Source: Squalus acanthias
Lineage: Eukaryota
Length of the DNA stretch: 64,000 nt
Direction of reading: 5' to 3'
Assembly: GCA_030390025.1 (NCBI GenBank)
Contig: CM059432.1
Span: forward strand, 135,162,001 to 135,226,000
Part shown: positions 12,996 through 26,550 of the stretch, piece after piece
How positions within the stretch are numbered: position 1 is the first letter of the stretch
How the letters are laid out: every line of letters starts with the position of its first letter
Notes under the pieces: generated by a model
What the model saw: only the letters and a program-made list of their open reading frames with translations
Told to the model about the DNA's origin: nothing
Database searches by the model: none
Made by a program: the position numbers and the translations under genes

Positions 12996-13661
12996 CTGAG
13001 AGCAAAGAAATAAATGAACAACAATATACATTGGACAAAGAATTTCCTGGTGATCAACTGTACATTACAGTATTTCTTAATCAGCATGCAGCAATGATGG
13101 TGCAATTGTTAATTCGCTTGTTTGATCATTACAGCCATGAACTGCACAGAAAAATTGGGGAGAAAAATTAAAATTAAAATTCCAGCAGTATAAATCACAC
13201 AAGATGCCGCACTTAGAGTTTGCAATCTAATCACTGGGGTCAGTAAATGGATATAAAAGTGCTTTAGTTTCACTCTCAGTTTATGATGTCATCCGCGCCC
13301 TTAATTTGGATAACTGCCTTGTAACCACTCTTAGATATCTATTCCTTTATTTTTAAAATCAGTGGGCAGGTAATTGTTAATGGAAGGAGCTTGTATATCA
13401 AAGGCACTTTCAATGGGCATTTACATATCTCACAGTCCCATATCACCTCTTCATACCAACAATCCAAATCGATTTGAATCAAATGGTTGAACATCTTCAT
13501 TGCACAATTTAAATAATTCCTGACAAAATGCTCACCACCAGCTGTCTGCTATTACAGTAAGAAACGGTCCAAAATCAAAAAATAGAAGCACAAACATATT
13601 CAACATTTTATTCATTAATATTTCATCCGCTCCAAGTATTTGGATCACGGAATGAATACTG

Positions 13662-13745
13662 GGGCTGAAATTCCACAGGGGTTTCACTGGTCTCCCGTCA
13701 TAATTCCAAAGGGAGACCCGAAAAACCGTCAGAGAATTTCAGCTC
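13662..13745. mobile_element. ~85-bp hairpin mini-MITE
   Basis: GGGCTGAAATTC ... GAATTTCAGCTC inverted ends. Related to 28664-28747. Confidence 0.55.
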
Positions 13746-13859
13746 AGCTGTAATAATGCTAAAATACTTAAATTCATTTAGATCAACTTGGCCAACAATG
13801 GATATAAGTTGTTGTGTAAATGGAGTTGTCGTACAATACACTACTATACAAGATAGAGT

Positions 13860-16220
13860 CCAGCAGGATTGGTGGGTAGAATTCGGGTTGGCTAAGGAAT
13901 TGGTTGCATTCGCATTGCCAGAAGGTTGTAATTAATAGCAGTGGTTTCTGCTTGGAGACTGGTTACTAGTGGAATCTCAAGTGTTAGGACCGTTGCTCTT
14001 CACTATCTTTATTAATGATTGGAAGAAGGCGTTGGGGGAACTGTCCACAAGTTCCTGGATGGTACAAAGATATGTGCAAATGTTATGACTTTGGCTGAGA
14101 ATGACTGCAATCAGATCTAGATGCGATGGGGGAAAATGGGACTGTGCCTGGCAGATGTTATTTAATATTCATAAATGTAGTGTTATGCACATGGGTAGGG
14201 TTTAATGCCAAGCATGTGTATAGCAACTGTTGAGCGGGCAAAGGGCCTAAGTGTCATATTCCATAAGTCCCTAAAGGTCAAGGGCAGTGCCGCAAGGTTA
14301 CAGCAAAAGGAAATAGAGTAATAGGAAGTATTGCTAAGACGATAATTTTATCCTTTTAAACACCTCAATTAAATCACTGCTCAACCCTCTAAAATCAAGG
14401 GAATGCAAATCAAGTTTATGCAACCTGTCCTCATTAGGACTCTTTAAGCCCTGGTATCATTCTGGTGAATCTGCGCTGTACAACTCCCTTCCTAAGGTTC
14501 GGTGCCCAAAACTGAACACTGTAGTCCAAATGGTGTCCGACCAAGATTCTGTACAACTGAAGCACCATTTCCTAACTTTTGTATTCCAGCCCCATTGAGA
14601 TAAAGGCCAACATTCCATTAGCCTTTCAGATTATTTTTTGTACCTGCACACTAGCTTTTAGTGATTTGTATACATGGTTAGATCCCTTCATGGCTTTGCC
14701 TCTCCCTATCTCTAACCTCTTTCAGACCTACAACTTTCTCTCAGAGCTCTCTGCTCCTCCGCCTCCGGCCTATTGCGCATCCCCCCTCTTTCTTCGCCCC
14801 ACCATTGCATCTTCAGCCATCTAGGCCCCATACACTAGATTTCTTTCCTTCATTAAAGGCACTATATAAATGCAAGTTGCTGTTATCGTTAAATGCCCTT
14901 AGTTACCACGATTGGCTTAAGAGCTGGATATTTTTACTTTAGAAAAGCCTAGACTTTGGGAGATTTGATTGACATCTTTTTTTTTAAACAAAAAAGGGAC
15001 TAAACTATGTCCACGTGGCTAGAGTATTTGAATTGGATAGGTTAAAGAGAATCAGGGGACATGCGTGTATAAGTTACAGAAGCATAGAAAAAGGTTAGAT
15101 AGGAACAGGAGCATAGGAACATGAGTAGGCCATTCAGCCCCTCGAGCCTGTTCCCCCATTTAATTAGATCAAGTCTGATCTGTGTCTTAACGCCATCTAC
15201 CTGCCTTGGTTCCATATCTCTTAATACCCTTACCTAACAAAAATCTATCAATCTCAGTTTTGGAATTTTCAATTGACCCCCAGCCTCAACAGCTTTTTGG
15301 GGGAGAGAGTTCCAGATTTCCACTTTGTGTGAAGAAGTGCTTCCTGACATCACCCCTGAACGTCCTAGCCCTAATTTTAAGGTTATGCCCCCTTGTTTTG
15401 GACTCCCCCACCAGAGGAAATAGTTTATTTCTATCTACCCTCTCAACTCCTTTAACTCCAAAACACCTCAATTAGATCACCCCTTAATCTTATATACTCA
15501 AGGGAATACAAGCCTAGTTTATGCAACTTGTCCACATAATTTAACCCTTTTAGCCCTGGTATCTTGCTGGTGAATCTGCATTGCACCCACTCCAAGGTCA
15601 ATATATCCTTCCTGAGGTGCGGTGCCCAGAACTGAATGCACTGCTCCAGATGGGGTCTGACCAGAGCTCTGTACAGCAGTAACATAACTGGCATTTATTT
15701 TCGCATAAGGCCACCGCGCTTTGGAACAAGTTGTCAGCTTGTGCAGCGAGTCCAGATTTACTGCAAGCATTCAAAAAAGGAGCCGGGCAAGTTCCCGGCT
15801 GTTAACTCTGTTTCTCTCTCCACGGATGCTGCCTGGCCTGCTGAGTTTTTCCAGCGTTTTCTGTTGTTATTTCGAAGTTCCTGGCTGTGACTGATACCGC
15901 AGCATACAAAAAGGTGGAGTATTGGGTGATGTGCCTTCTGGTCGCTGTGGTCTCCTGGAACTCGTTTTGATCACTTTTGGGGTCAGAGAAGAATTTCCCA
16001 GTTTTGTTTTCCATGAATTCGCCTAGGGTTTTTAAAAATCTGATTTTTTGTCATTCCAGGAGATTATGTGGCTTGCTGGTGGGTGACTCTACCAGAGACC
16101 ACACACAAAGCATAACTAAAAGTGTCTGCATGGGATCACGATGCTCCATTGCATTATGACTAGATGGCACCGCCCGATAGACCAGTTGGTCTTTTTCGGA
16201 TTGTCATTTCCATGTGTTCG
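13860..16220. mobile_element. Cluster of old and nested CR1 fragments (old + strand copy split by minus-strand CR1s at about 14350-14680 and 15100-15690, an L2 tail at about 14715-14885 and a Penelope terminal fragment at about 15800-15875)
   Basis: RPHLEQCIQFWAPH and RTRGH-like peptides, CR1 3' UTR motifs, and the gttaactctgtttctctctccac repeat. Confidence 0.7.
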
Positions 16221-18142
16221 TTTGTAGCCAGAAGAGGATCTCATCCCATCAGTCAGCGCTGGATTTGAATCCAGGTCCCAGAGGGGGAAGCCAGTGTCAA
16301 ACTCATTGTGCCACCCAGTACCCTACTCTCAAATTGTCAAGAGATTAAAATTGCTGTGTGTTGTGTAAAATTGTGTGTTTGTGTGTGTGTTTTGTGTTGT
16401 GTAAAATAAAATTGTGTTGTGTGCTATATAAGAGAGACAGAGAGGCACTGATTGGAGGTGTGGTATACATGACTAGAGGTTTTATCTGCATTGTACGGAG
16501 GCCTGCTATATGCAAGAATGAACCGAGGGTGTAGAATATCGCAGTATCAATTCTACCATCTGCTGGAGTGTTGTGCTAAGACAGACCACTGAGAAAATAT
16601 CCTGGCTAAAATTAGATTCAATGGATGGTATTACTCAATACCAGAGACTACACACAAAGCATAAGTGTCTGCTTCCAGTCAATCTCAATATACACTTCTA
16701 TACACTGTAGTCTTGCTAAATGTAAGGCAAATTAATGCATAATTCAGTTAAAAGTGCAATGAACTCTACACCCAGCTCATAGTTAGGTGAAATGCTTCTT
16801 CACGATAGCGTTACTTTTGTGTTCAGCTGAACAAAGCTGTTGGCATGAGAAATTTTATGGAGTTTAGTTTCTCTGATGGTCCGTTGCCGGGTGTGGTGTT
16901 GAGCCACACACATCAGTTATGTTCCAAATTCTATCACCAGTCTGTACTGAATTAGATGATCCCATCCACTCCAACTGTGGTGGTATCATTGACTTTAGTA
17001 GCTCCAGGGCTAGGAAGGGAAAGCTCAGCCATGCTTTCCACTCCGGAATGGCACCTAGTAACCCTGCTGGGAAGTGTGCGTGTGTGGACAGGATCGCGCT
17101 CAGTTGTGCTGACCTGTATGGGCAAATAATCCAGAACCACTCATTGTCTAGGCTCGTATATGCAGAATAGACAATTTAGGGGGAGGTTCCAGAAGGCAAC
17201 TGGGGAACTATATCCCAGTAACAGTCAAATACCTTCAGGAGAGGCAGAACATTGAAGGGGAAAGAAATTTAAAAAAAATAAACAAGAGAAGCTGTATGGA
17301 GTTTGTGTAAATATTTGGAGACCGGTAACACTGATTTTGGTGCTTGTGTCACAGTCCTGTTCAGAGGTTTTGTTTATATTAGTAACTTTTGTAGACAGAA
17401 AATATAGACAATCAATTTCCTTTGTTAATGTAATCTCAGATGACGTGCAGCAATGCAATGCACCATAATGGCATTGTGCATACATAGCTTCCTACAGGCT
17501 GATTTTCACCAGCCTATCTGGAGGAAGTGGTAAGGTTACAATTCTCACTGCAGGCAATGCTATTGGAACAGTGCGTAAAAACTTTTTTTTGTGCAAGTTT
17601 TCTAACCCCTTCTAAAGCCTTAATGTGCAAAATCCAAACATAGGCATCAAATGAAGTACAGAATTGAATTTTGTTTTGTTTGAACATGCCCATTCCCCAC
17701 TTTGTACTCTGCAGAGTTCTGAATCTCAGGTGCACTATTATGGGATGCAACTGAGCGAGTGGCAAGCCGCTTATTGACAGAGGAGGGAGGCAAGTCAAAG
17801 AGGTAAATGCAGTGCTTCCATGCTCGGAGTAGAAAGCCACACTCAAAGGGAGGGCAAGTAGGACATTCAATGCTGCAGTGTTGCAGCTCGGTCTCTGACC
17901 TGCACTCACTTGAGCACAGCTCTCCACTGGGAGCACTGAATTTACCCTAAAGTCACATCATCCTTCTAGTGCCCAGTTCAGTGCAGAATTGGTGCAATGA
18001 TGACAACAGGTCAACTGCATGGCCTTTTGGTATAGCTGCTGGATGCCTTGAGGAGATCAATGGTAACTAGACAAAAAAAAAGAGGGATTACGTATACACA
18101 CATAAAAGCAAAATATTAAATTAAAACTTTTATAACCGTACT

Positions 18143-18301
18143 CCTGGAATTTCTGCAGGGGTTCTCCCAATCGCCTGCCGGAATTTCAGCAGAAGATTGA
18201 CTGAAATCCCAGAGCCCTTCACATTGTTTCCCTGGGGTTTCGACTGATCTTCCTCCTAAGGTTACGGTGGGCGATCGGAAGAACTCCCAGGGAGTTCCAG
18301 G
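18143..18301. mobile_element. Imperfect fold-back mini-MITE (~160 bp)
   Basis: Ends CCTGGAATTTC ... GAGTTCCAGG. The two halves are imperfect reverse complements. Confidence 0.55.
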
Positions 18302-18346
18302 TGCTGATGTTTCATTTGTCTAAACCACGAAGTGAATTATACTTAC

Positions 18347-18519
18347 AGCACTCAATAGGATTCGATGAAACCTGCAGAGAGACAGTTCTACCATTGGGTT
18401 GTGGAATATGTACACGAAACACCAGCCTTACTCTTGTATTCTTCCTTCCAATGTCAGTCTCGCCTTTCCTCAGCTCAATATCAGAATTCCTAAGTTTCAG
18501 TATCCCAGCACAATCGATA
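18347..18519 (-). CDS. NFATC1: NFATC1 internal coding exon ([57 protein letters not shown])
   Basis: Canonical NFAT RHD peptide. Acceptor ttttgtcaccaacag, donor gtaagt. 173 nt, joins the previous exon in frame (AA+T = Asn). Confidence 0.96.
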
Positions 18520-20016
18520 CTGTTGGTGACAAAAAAAATCATTTGCTGTTGTGATAGGACAGATCTTTATATCTAAACAGTTTTTCCAGCTACAATAAAT
18601 GTGACAGAATCCGAATTGTTTGTCTCCTGATTGTAACATTCAAACAGTGATTCTAAATAGTGTACATCTTTATTGATGCAATGAACTGCTTTGTTCAATA
18701 ATGATGAAACAAGTAACGGACAACCAAACTCATCTTGTACATGCAAATTGCTTTTGTCTCCCTTTAAAAGAGATATCTGCTATTTTTGATGGGAAGTTCT
18801 ACATCTGGACAATAATTCTAATTTGGATTTACGCAGAAAATATTGCCGATTTGTTCAGGAAACATTCTACAAGGGATACAAGAAAGCTAACTCTTTAGAT
18901 TTTCCACAAGTCTATTGGTTTTGATACCTTCAGAGCTGGAAACAGATCTTGTGGAAAAGCTGTTTGTCTGAAGGGATCATGAATTTCTCCAATACAGAAG
19001 ATTGTGCTTGAGGTCAAAATGGAGAATGAATTTGCAACACAATAATAAAAACTGTGTCAATTTGACACAGATATTTGAACTAAATCAGAAGCTATATTTA
19101 ATAAAGGTAATTAACCAATTATGGCCATTTTCTTTGTATTTGTGTTACAATGATATTGTACTTTTAATGCTCATTATTATTAGTGCAAATTACAGATAGG
19201 GGCTTCCAGATAATAGGGGTAAAGGCCATCTTAGAAGAGCCACTGTTAGAGCGTTGAGAGAGATGGTAAAACAAAGAATATGGAAACTGGTGGCAACATC
19301 GCATGATATATTACTTATAGACCAGACAGGCTTTTAAAAAGGTTGAGTTAGACAAGCTGAAGCAAAAGGAAGTAGTAAAGGCACAATATTAGAAAAATCG
19401 CTAGACCAAAGCTTCATTCAGGAAATGCACAACTGAACTGTAACAAAATAGAACACGAAACAAGCAAAAGTTGCTTGAAGCGAGGTTTCATGATGCATTG
19501 TGGTAGATTGAGTGCCCCTATGAGACCCGAGCATATTGAAAATTGTACTACACTCAAGTTCCATGTAAATACAGTGTGGTACTTGCATCTAATCTTGGCG
19601 ATTGTAACATTTTGTAGGCATGCGGCAGTCCTTTCACGTTGCTATTCGGTGTGTAAAACAATTATGCAGCTCCCCTTCCCCTTAACTAACGGAAACCAAA
19701 ATGATAATGGCAAAATATTTATAATTCAATGTCTTTCCGACAGTTGTTCCATTCACCACTTTTGCCTAGTCTGAGTTGTAGCTTAACATCAGCTCGCTGA
19801 TTCAGTAAAGTGTTGACTAGTACTGCAAGAACATTAGGTGCACTAGGACCAAAAAGAGGTCCAAAAAGAGAAATTATTTTATGGCAATGTTAAAGGAATT
19901 ACAAAAGTTCAGATACATATTAAAATAATTAGGATGTTCGACACGTTAAATTAACAGTAAACCTGGGGAGAAGTAATTTAATACTTGACAATTTTTAACA
20001 ATTTGGCACCATCCTC

Positions 20017-21722
20017 TAAGAACATAAGAAATAGGAGCTGGAGTCGGCCATTCGGGCCTTCGAGCCTGCTCCGCCATTCAATAAGATCATGGCTGATCTT
20101 CTACCTCAACTCCACTTTCCTGAACTATCCCCATATCCCTTGATTCCCTTAATATTCAAAAATCTATCGATCTCTGTCTTAAATATACTCAATGACTGAG
20201 CCTCCACAGCCCTCTGGGGTAGAGAATTTCAAAGATTCACCACCCTCTGAGTGAAGATATTTCTCCTCATCTCAGTCCTAAATGGCCGACCCCTTATTCT
20301 GAGACTGTGACCTCTAGTTCTAGACTCCCCAGCCAGGGGAAACATCCTCCCTGCATCTACCCTGTCAAGCCCTGTAAGAATTTTGTATGTTTCAATGAGA
20401 TCACCTCTCATTCTTCTAAACTCTAAAGAATATAGGCCTAGTCTATTCAATCTGTCCTCATAGGACAATCCCCCCATCCCAGGAACCAGTCTGGTGAATC
20501 TTTGTTGCACTCTCTCTCTGGCAAGTATATCCTTCCTTAGGTAAGGAGACCAAAACTGTACACAATACTCCAGGTGTGGTCTCACCAGGGCCCTATATAA
20601 TTGTAGTAAGACATCTTTACTCTTATACTCAAATCCTCTTGTAATAAAGGCCAACATACCATTTGCTTTCCTAAGTACCTGCATGTTCACTTTCAGTGAT
20701 TCGTATACAAGGTCACCCAGGTCCCTCTGAACACCAACATTTCCCAATCTCTCACCATTTAAAAAATACTCTGCTTTTCTATTTTTCCAACCAAAGTGGA
20801 TAACTTCACATTTCTCCACATTATATTCCATTTGCCATGTTCTTGCCCACTCACTTAGCCTGTCTATATCCCCTTGAAGCCTCCTTGCACCCTCCTCACA
20901 ACTTACATTCCCACCCAGCTTTGTATCATCAGCAAACTTGGATATATTACATTTGGTCCCCTCATCCAAATCATTGATGTAGATTGTGAATAGCTGAGGC
21001 CCAAGCACTGATCCTTGCGGTACCCCAATAGTTACAGCCTGCCGACACGAAAATGACCCGTTTATTCCTACTCTCTATTTTCTGTCCGTTAACCAATCCT
21101 CAATCCATGCTAATAAAGTACCCGCAATCCCATGAGCCCCAATTTTGTTTAATAACCTCTTGTGTGGCACCTTATTGAATGCCTTCTGAAAATCCAAATA
21201 CACCAAATCTACTGGTTCCCCCTTATCTATTCTGCTAGTTACAACCTCAAAAAACTCCAATAGATTTGTCAAACACGATTTCCCTTTCATAAATCCGTGT
21301 TGACTCTGCCCAATCCTATTATTATTTTCTAAGTGCCCTGTTACCAGGTCCTTAATAATAGATTATAGCATTTTCCCTACTACTGATGTCAGGCTAACTG
21401 TAGTTCCCCGTTTTCTCTCTCCCTCCTTTCTTAAATAGTGGGGTTATATTTGCTACCTTCCAATCCGCAGGAACCGTTCCAGAATCTATGGAATTTTGGA
21501 AAATGACAACCAATGCATCCACTATCTCTATAGCCAACTCTTTCAAACCCCTAGGTTGTAGGCCATCAGGTCCAGGGGATTTATCGGCTTTAAGTCCCAT
21601 TAATTTCTCCAGTACTACTTTTTTACTAATACTAATATCTTTCAGTTCCTCATTCTCGTTAGACCCTTGGTTGTCCACTATTTCTGTGAAGTTTTTGGCG
21701 TCTTCTTCAGTGAAGACAGACA
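20017..21722 (-). mobile_element. CR1 LINE ORF2 RT pseudogene (further upstream piece at about 22530-22795)
   Basis: ORFs 20229-21008, 21075-21290 and 21394-21720 carry RT motifs (KFADD, YLDFQKAF). Tail reads (CATAAGAA)n on +. Confidence 0.95.
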
Positions 21723-21726
21723 CAGT

Positions 21727-22525
21727 GGCGGCGAATTTAATGGAGGAGGCGGGGTGGGGCGGGAGAGCTGGTTTCCGGGTACCGGTCCCTGCTCCCAGCT
21801 GCATTTGCTCTGTAGTCGTGATTTTCCCTTGATTGGCCTTGTTAAGCCCGCCCTGCAGGCTTCCCGGCCAATTAACAGGAAACGGGTCTGATGACGTCAA
21901 TTAATGACGCGTCATCAGCCGGTTTCCTTAAAGGGACCTACGTCCACATGGAGTTTGACAGTTGTTCTGTCAGTGTTTGACAGCATTGAGGTGCTGCAAA
22001 CACTGACAATCACTGCACAAAGGTGAACGCTTGCACCCAGGCTCTCCATGACTCCCTCCATATGCTTATGGAGGAAGTCACAGCACGCAGGGAGGTTCTC
22101 TTCCCTTCCAAGGGTGGAAGAGACCTCCCCAGGACACCAACTTACCTTGCACCTCCACCCAACCCTCTCTATCTATTTTATCACTTCTCCATCTCACTAG
22201 CCACCCCTCACACTCACCCTCATACTACTGCAAGCATACCAGCTAACAGCACACAAGGGTAGGCACCTGAGAGGTTTAGCCAATGTCCATGTGAAGTTTC
22301 TGGTAATGTGTTGTCATACAGTGAAATCTCTTTTTCCAAAAGTGTCCCTTATTGGACAGATCTGAGCGCACCTTGAGAAGTGTCTTACTGAGTTCCAGTG
22401 ATTATTCAATCATAACTTCACCCCGCCTGCCCCCCCACCCGCTATAGTGATGAGTGTGCATGGAATGGCTTGGACATAAATGGGATGCTTCACGGTGCTG
22501 GTGTGGGATGGTATCAACCTGGCGC
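21727..22525 (+). mobile_element. PIF/Harbinger fragment (TIR end plus decayed Myb/SANT gene start) inserted in CR1
   Basis: Begins ggcggcgaattt. HDSLHMLMEEVTARREVLFPS is homologous to the Myb-like peptides at 40309 and about 56750-56930. Confidence 0.7.
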
Positions 22526-23062
22526 GACATCTGTCATACCTTTTGATGTAGTTTCCCAATCTACCTTAGCCAACTCGCCCCTCATACTTACGTAGTTTGC
22601 TTTGTTTAGATTTAAGACCCTAGTTTCGGATTTAACTAAGTCACTTTCAAACTCAATATAAAATTCTATCATATTATGGTCAATCTTCCCTAAAGGCCCC
22701 TTTACTACAAGGCTATTAATTAACCCTTTCTCGTTGCACAATACTATTACTGCAAATTTCGTTTGCCCAGTCTATATGTAGATTAAAGTCCCCATGACAT
22801 AAGAAACTAAGAATGTAAACAAAACCATTCTTTTTTTAAACAGTAAGCCCATGAATTGTACCTGGGAATACTAATGCAAGAATATTTAATATGTTAATTG
22901 GACATTTCTTTCTCTGTTTGAGCAGTGGTGTTAAGCCATTTATTTTAAACAGGTAATGCTTCAGCTAAAATAGCAGAGAAAACAATTTTGGATGAACACA
23001 TTAAGCATCCAAACAGTGTGCAACACATTTTTCTGGCATGAGTGTTGAAATATCTGGGTACA

Positions 23063-23523
23063 GAAAGAAAGAACACATTTATATCGCACCGTTCACGACC
23101 TCAGGATGTCCCAAAGCGCTTTACAGCCAATGAAGTACTTTTTTAAGTGTAGTCACTGTTGTAATGTAGGAAACACAGCAGCCAATTTGCGCACAGCAAG
23201 CTCCCACAAACAGCAAAGTGATAATGACCAGATAATCTGTTTTAGTGTTGTTAGTTGAGGGATAAATATTGGCCAGGATACCGGGGAGAACTCCCCTGCT
23301 CTTCTTCAAAATAGTGCCATGGGATCTTTTATGTCCATCCGAGTGGGCAGACAGGGCCTTGGTTTAACGTCTCATTCAAAAGATGACACCTCCAACCGTG
23401 CAGCACTCCCGGAGTACTACACAGGGTGTGTCAGCCTAGATTTTGTGCTCAAGTCTCTGGAGTAGGAGTTGAACTGCCTTCTGTCTCAGAGGTGAGTGTG
23501 CTTACCATGAGCCATGGCAGACA
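23063..23523 (-). mobile_element. SacSINE1/DeuSINE-like SINE
   Basis: Reverse complement of the 7177-7661 family. Confidence 0.85.
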
Positions 23524-23707
23524 TCTAAATTGTGGTCAGAGTGGGAAGATTTTCTTTTTGCTATCTGTAGCAAGATCATAAATACGGCATAAAGAACTTG
23601 TTGACGATTTCACTACAAATAACAGAGAAAAATCACCCCTCATGTTGACTTCTGGCAGCTGTAGAATGTCTTGGTATTGCAGATAATGGCTTCTTCATTC
23701 ACATATA

Positions 23708-24180
23708 TGTGTCAGCTGTGGCTCAGTGGGTAGCACACTCGCCTCTGAGTCAGAAGGTTGTGGGTTCAAGTCCCACTCCAGGGACTTGACCACATAAAGC
23801 TAGGCTGACACTCCAGTGCAGTGCTGAGGGAGTGCTGCACTGTCGGAGGTGCTGTCTTTCGGATGAGATGTTGAACTGAGGCCCCGTCTGCTCTCTCAGG
23901 TGGACGTAAAAGATCCCATGGCACTATTTCGAAGAAGAGCAGGGGAGTTATCCCCGGTGTCCTGGCCAATACTTAGCCCTCAACCAACATAACAAAAACA
24001 GATTATCTGGTCATTATCACATTGCTGTCTGTGGGAGCTTGCTGTGCGCAAATTGGCTGCCGCGTTTCCCACATTACAACAGTGACTACACTCCAAAAGT
24101 ACTTCATTGGCTGTAAAGCGCTTTGAGACGTCCGGTGGTCGTGAAAGGCGCTATAGAAATGCAAGTCTTTCTTTTTTTTT
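23708..24180 (+). mobile_element. SacSINE1/DeuSINE-like SINE, full length
   Basis: A box tggctcagtgg, B box gggttcaagtccc, and the same core and tail as 7177-7661. Confidence 0.9.
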
Positions 24181-24490
24181 ATATCAGCATGCTTTTTTGT
24201 ACGGTTCCCAAAGGCAGTGTTATATAGAACACCGTCTACGTTGTAACCTTAGGTGATCTTTGTAATCGATTCTCAGTTAAGTTTCAGTGCCCACTTATTG
24301 CTGGGATCAGAGCCTGCGAATGACGCAATGTGGGAGATAGGGAAGGGGGAAGAATCATTTTAACTTCAAAACTTCACTTTTACTTCACGACAGGAATGAT
24401 TCTGGGTTACAACTGCGCTATTTCAAATTTCACCAAACTGCTCGGACGGAAGATTTTTTTTTTTACAGAAGTGTTTGGAAGGAGGCTTAC

Positions 24491-24693
24491 TTTGCTCTCA
24501 TATTGTTTTCTGGTAGCAGTGGAATCTCCAGCACCTTGGTGTTGCTGATGATGCTTTCATGGCTGGTCGTGGAAACGGTCTTCCCAGTGATTCGATGGAC
24601 CTGGTAGAAGGCATGTGGTCGCAACAGGCGATCGTCTGCTGTCCCGATGAACAGCTGGAGAGTGAGAGGCTCACTTTCCATGTAACCGTGGAG
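24491..24693 (-). CDS. NFATC1: NFATC1 internal coding exon (RHD DNA-binding domain; [67 protein letters not shown])
   Basis: Translation closely matches recalled vertebrate NFATc1 RHD ([30 protein letters not shown]). Minus-strand acceptor ttgccag and donor gtaagc. 203 nt, phase 0 to 2. Confidence 0.95.
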
Positions 24694-24992
24694 CTGGCAA
24701 GAAAACAGAAAAAAAGCCTCACTAGACATCATACAACACAAAGCGCTAAAGACCAATTTATATTTTTGAAGGCCAGAGCCAAGGTTCGGCAAGATAATTA
24801 TTCACAGGTGCGAAGTATGTCACATTTTTCAGTAACCACAATATAAAAGTATATTTAATCCGCTTCTCATTGAAGTAAATTCTGCCAAGCACTGTTTTTT
24901 TAGTTCCAGCCACTTCTTTGAGGCAGCTATTTGTCAAAAGTTCCAAACAGAAGCATGATGATTGGTTTCACAAATCTTTTCAAAAGGTACTC

Positions 24993-25300
24993 AACAACAA
25001 CAACAATAACTTGTATTTATATAGCGCCTTTAACGTAGTAAAATGTTCCAAGGCGCTTCACAGGAGCGTAATCAGACAAAATTTGACACCGAGCCACATA
25101 AGACACCCTCCCTCAGCCTCACCGCCTCTCTACCTCTCTCTCCTCCTTTAAGACGCTCCTTAAAACCTACCTCTTTGACCCTCACCTGTCCTAGTTACTT
25201 ATGTGGCTCGGTGTAAAATTTTGTTGTGATAACGCTCCTGTGAAGCACCTTGGGACAGTTTTCTGCATTAAAGGCACTATATAATGCAAGTTGTTATTGT
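24993..25300. mobile_element. Two L2 3' tails in inverted orientation
   Basis: 24993-25102 (minus) and about 25108-25300 (plus) share ttatgtggctcggtgt..aaattttg..gtgaagc..ttggga..aaaggc.ctata. Confidence 0.75.
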
Positions 25301-26207
25301 AAAGATAGCCCAAAGATGTGGGGAGGAGGCAAGTGTGGGATTAATGGCTAACTAAGTGCTAATGACTAAAAGTGCATGGATGGAAGCAATATCAAATCAT
25401 ATGACTTAAAATACAGCACAAAGGGAAAGAATGAATATCACTGTAAAAGTAGTAGAGGACATCTACGAACTTGTTGAAAAGTTGAGTTGTGAAACATATA
25501 CGCAAAAACAACCACTAATACAAGGAACTGTTACTAAGGCAGCAGCAAGAAATAGAAGTGAAATTAGCTGGTATGCAAATTACATTATACGTGCCACAAT
25601 GGGAGATAGAATCTATGACAGAAAGCAACTTCCATGGGTCAAACAACTGCATCTCAATCGATTCTGTTTAAAGGCAACCCAGCATACAATAGGAGGGTGC
25701 AGGTGGGAAGAGGTGGTGGACTCGGAGGTCATATGAGCAAGCTATTGTTGAGCTATTTGGGTGGGAAGCTTGAAAAGCCTAGCATCTGTGCAGGTTGGAG
25801 GACAGCACAGAACTTGTAGTATAAACAAAGCAATTCAAATTTTATGATTTGCATGATATATTGCATCAACACAGTGATTGTGCCCCAGTGCATCATAAAG
25901 CAGGTAATGGAGCACCTGCTCTCTTCACAAATCAAGGGAAAATCAGACAGGCTCCAGCCAAAACTGACAAGTAACACTCGTCAGAACACCAGCGGTCATC
26001 ACTCACCCTTGGATGAATCGCCTCCACAGATGCACGTACACTGGAAGGAGACAATGAGGTTGAGAAGGAATCACTTTGGTGATGAAGAGTAAGCAGTGCT
26101 GGCATTGATGAAGGGCCAGTGATACAGGGCAGATATCCAACATGATGAATGTTCCTCCTCTCTCTAGGGGGGGATACAGACCTTAATACACCTGCTTTCA
26201 AACAGAG

Positions 26208-26530
26208 TGGTAGTGCAGTAGGACCATACTGAGCAGTCACTTGGCCTACTTGAACACAGCAATGGAAGGTGTCATAAATCGCAACTTCTACAAAAAGTAA
26301 CTCAGGAAGTACTACTGGGCGGCCAGCTGGGGCGCCGTCCGGGGAGTATAAATACTCGGGCGTGGGCCCACCTTGGACAGAGACAATCTGGAAACAGGAA
26401 GCTAGTGACTGCTAACTAGACCGCCATGTTTCGTTACAAGTCTATTAAAGCCTTGCTTTATGTTCAACCAAGTGCGTAGTGAGTCTTTATTACGTCACGG
26501 AGTAACAACACCCAGGTATATATACTACCA
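26208..26530 (+). mobile_element. Possible solo LTR
   Basis: TGGTAGT ... ACTACCA inverted ends (TG..CA), internal TATAAATA at about 26347 and ATTAAA at about 26445. No clear TSD. Confidence 0.35.
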
Positions 26531-26550
26531 TCTCCCATAAGTGGTGCCAT

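Noticed and set aside
16215..17220. Ancient SINE-like fragments (also about 45590-45680 and 54230-54560)
   Set aside because: Too diverged to assign family or boundaries by eye.
23708..23780. tRNA gene
   Set aside because: The A/B boxes belong to a SINE head that continues into the SINE core. No complete cloverleaf is evident.
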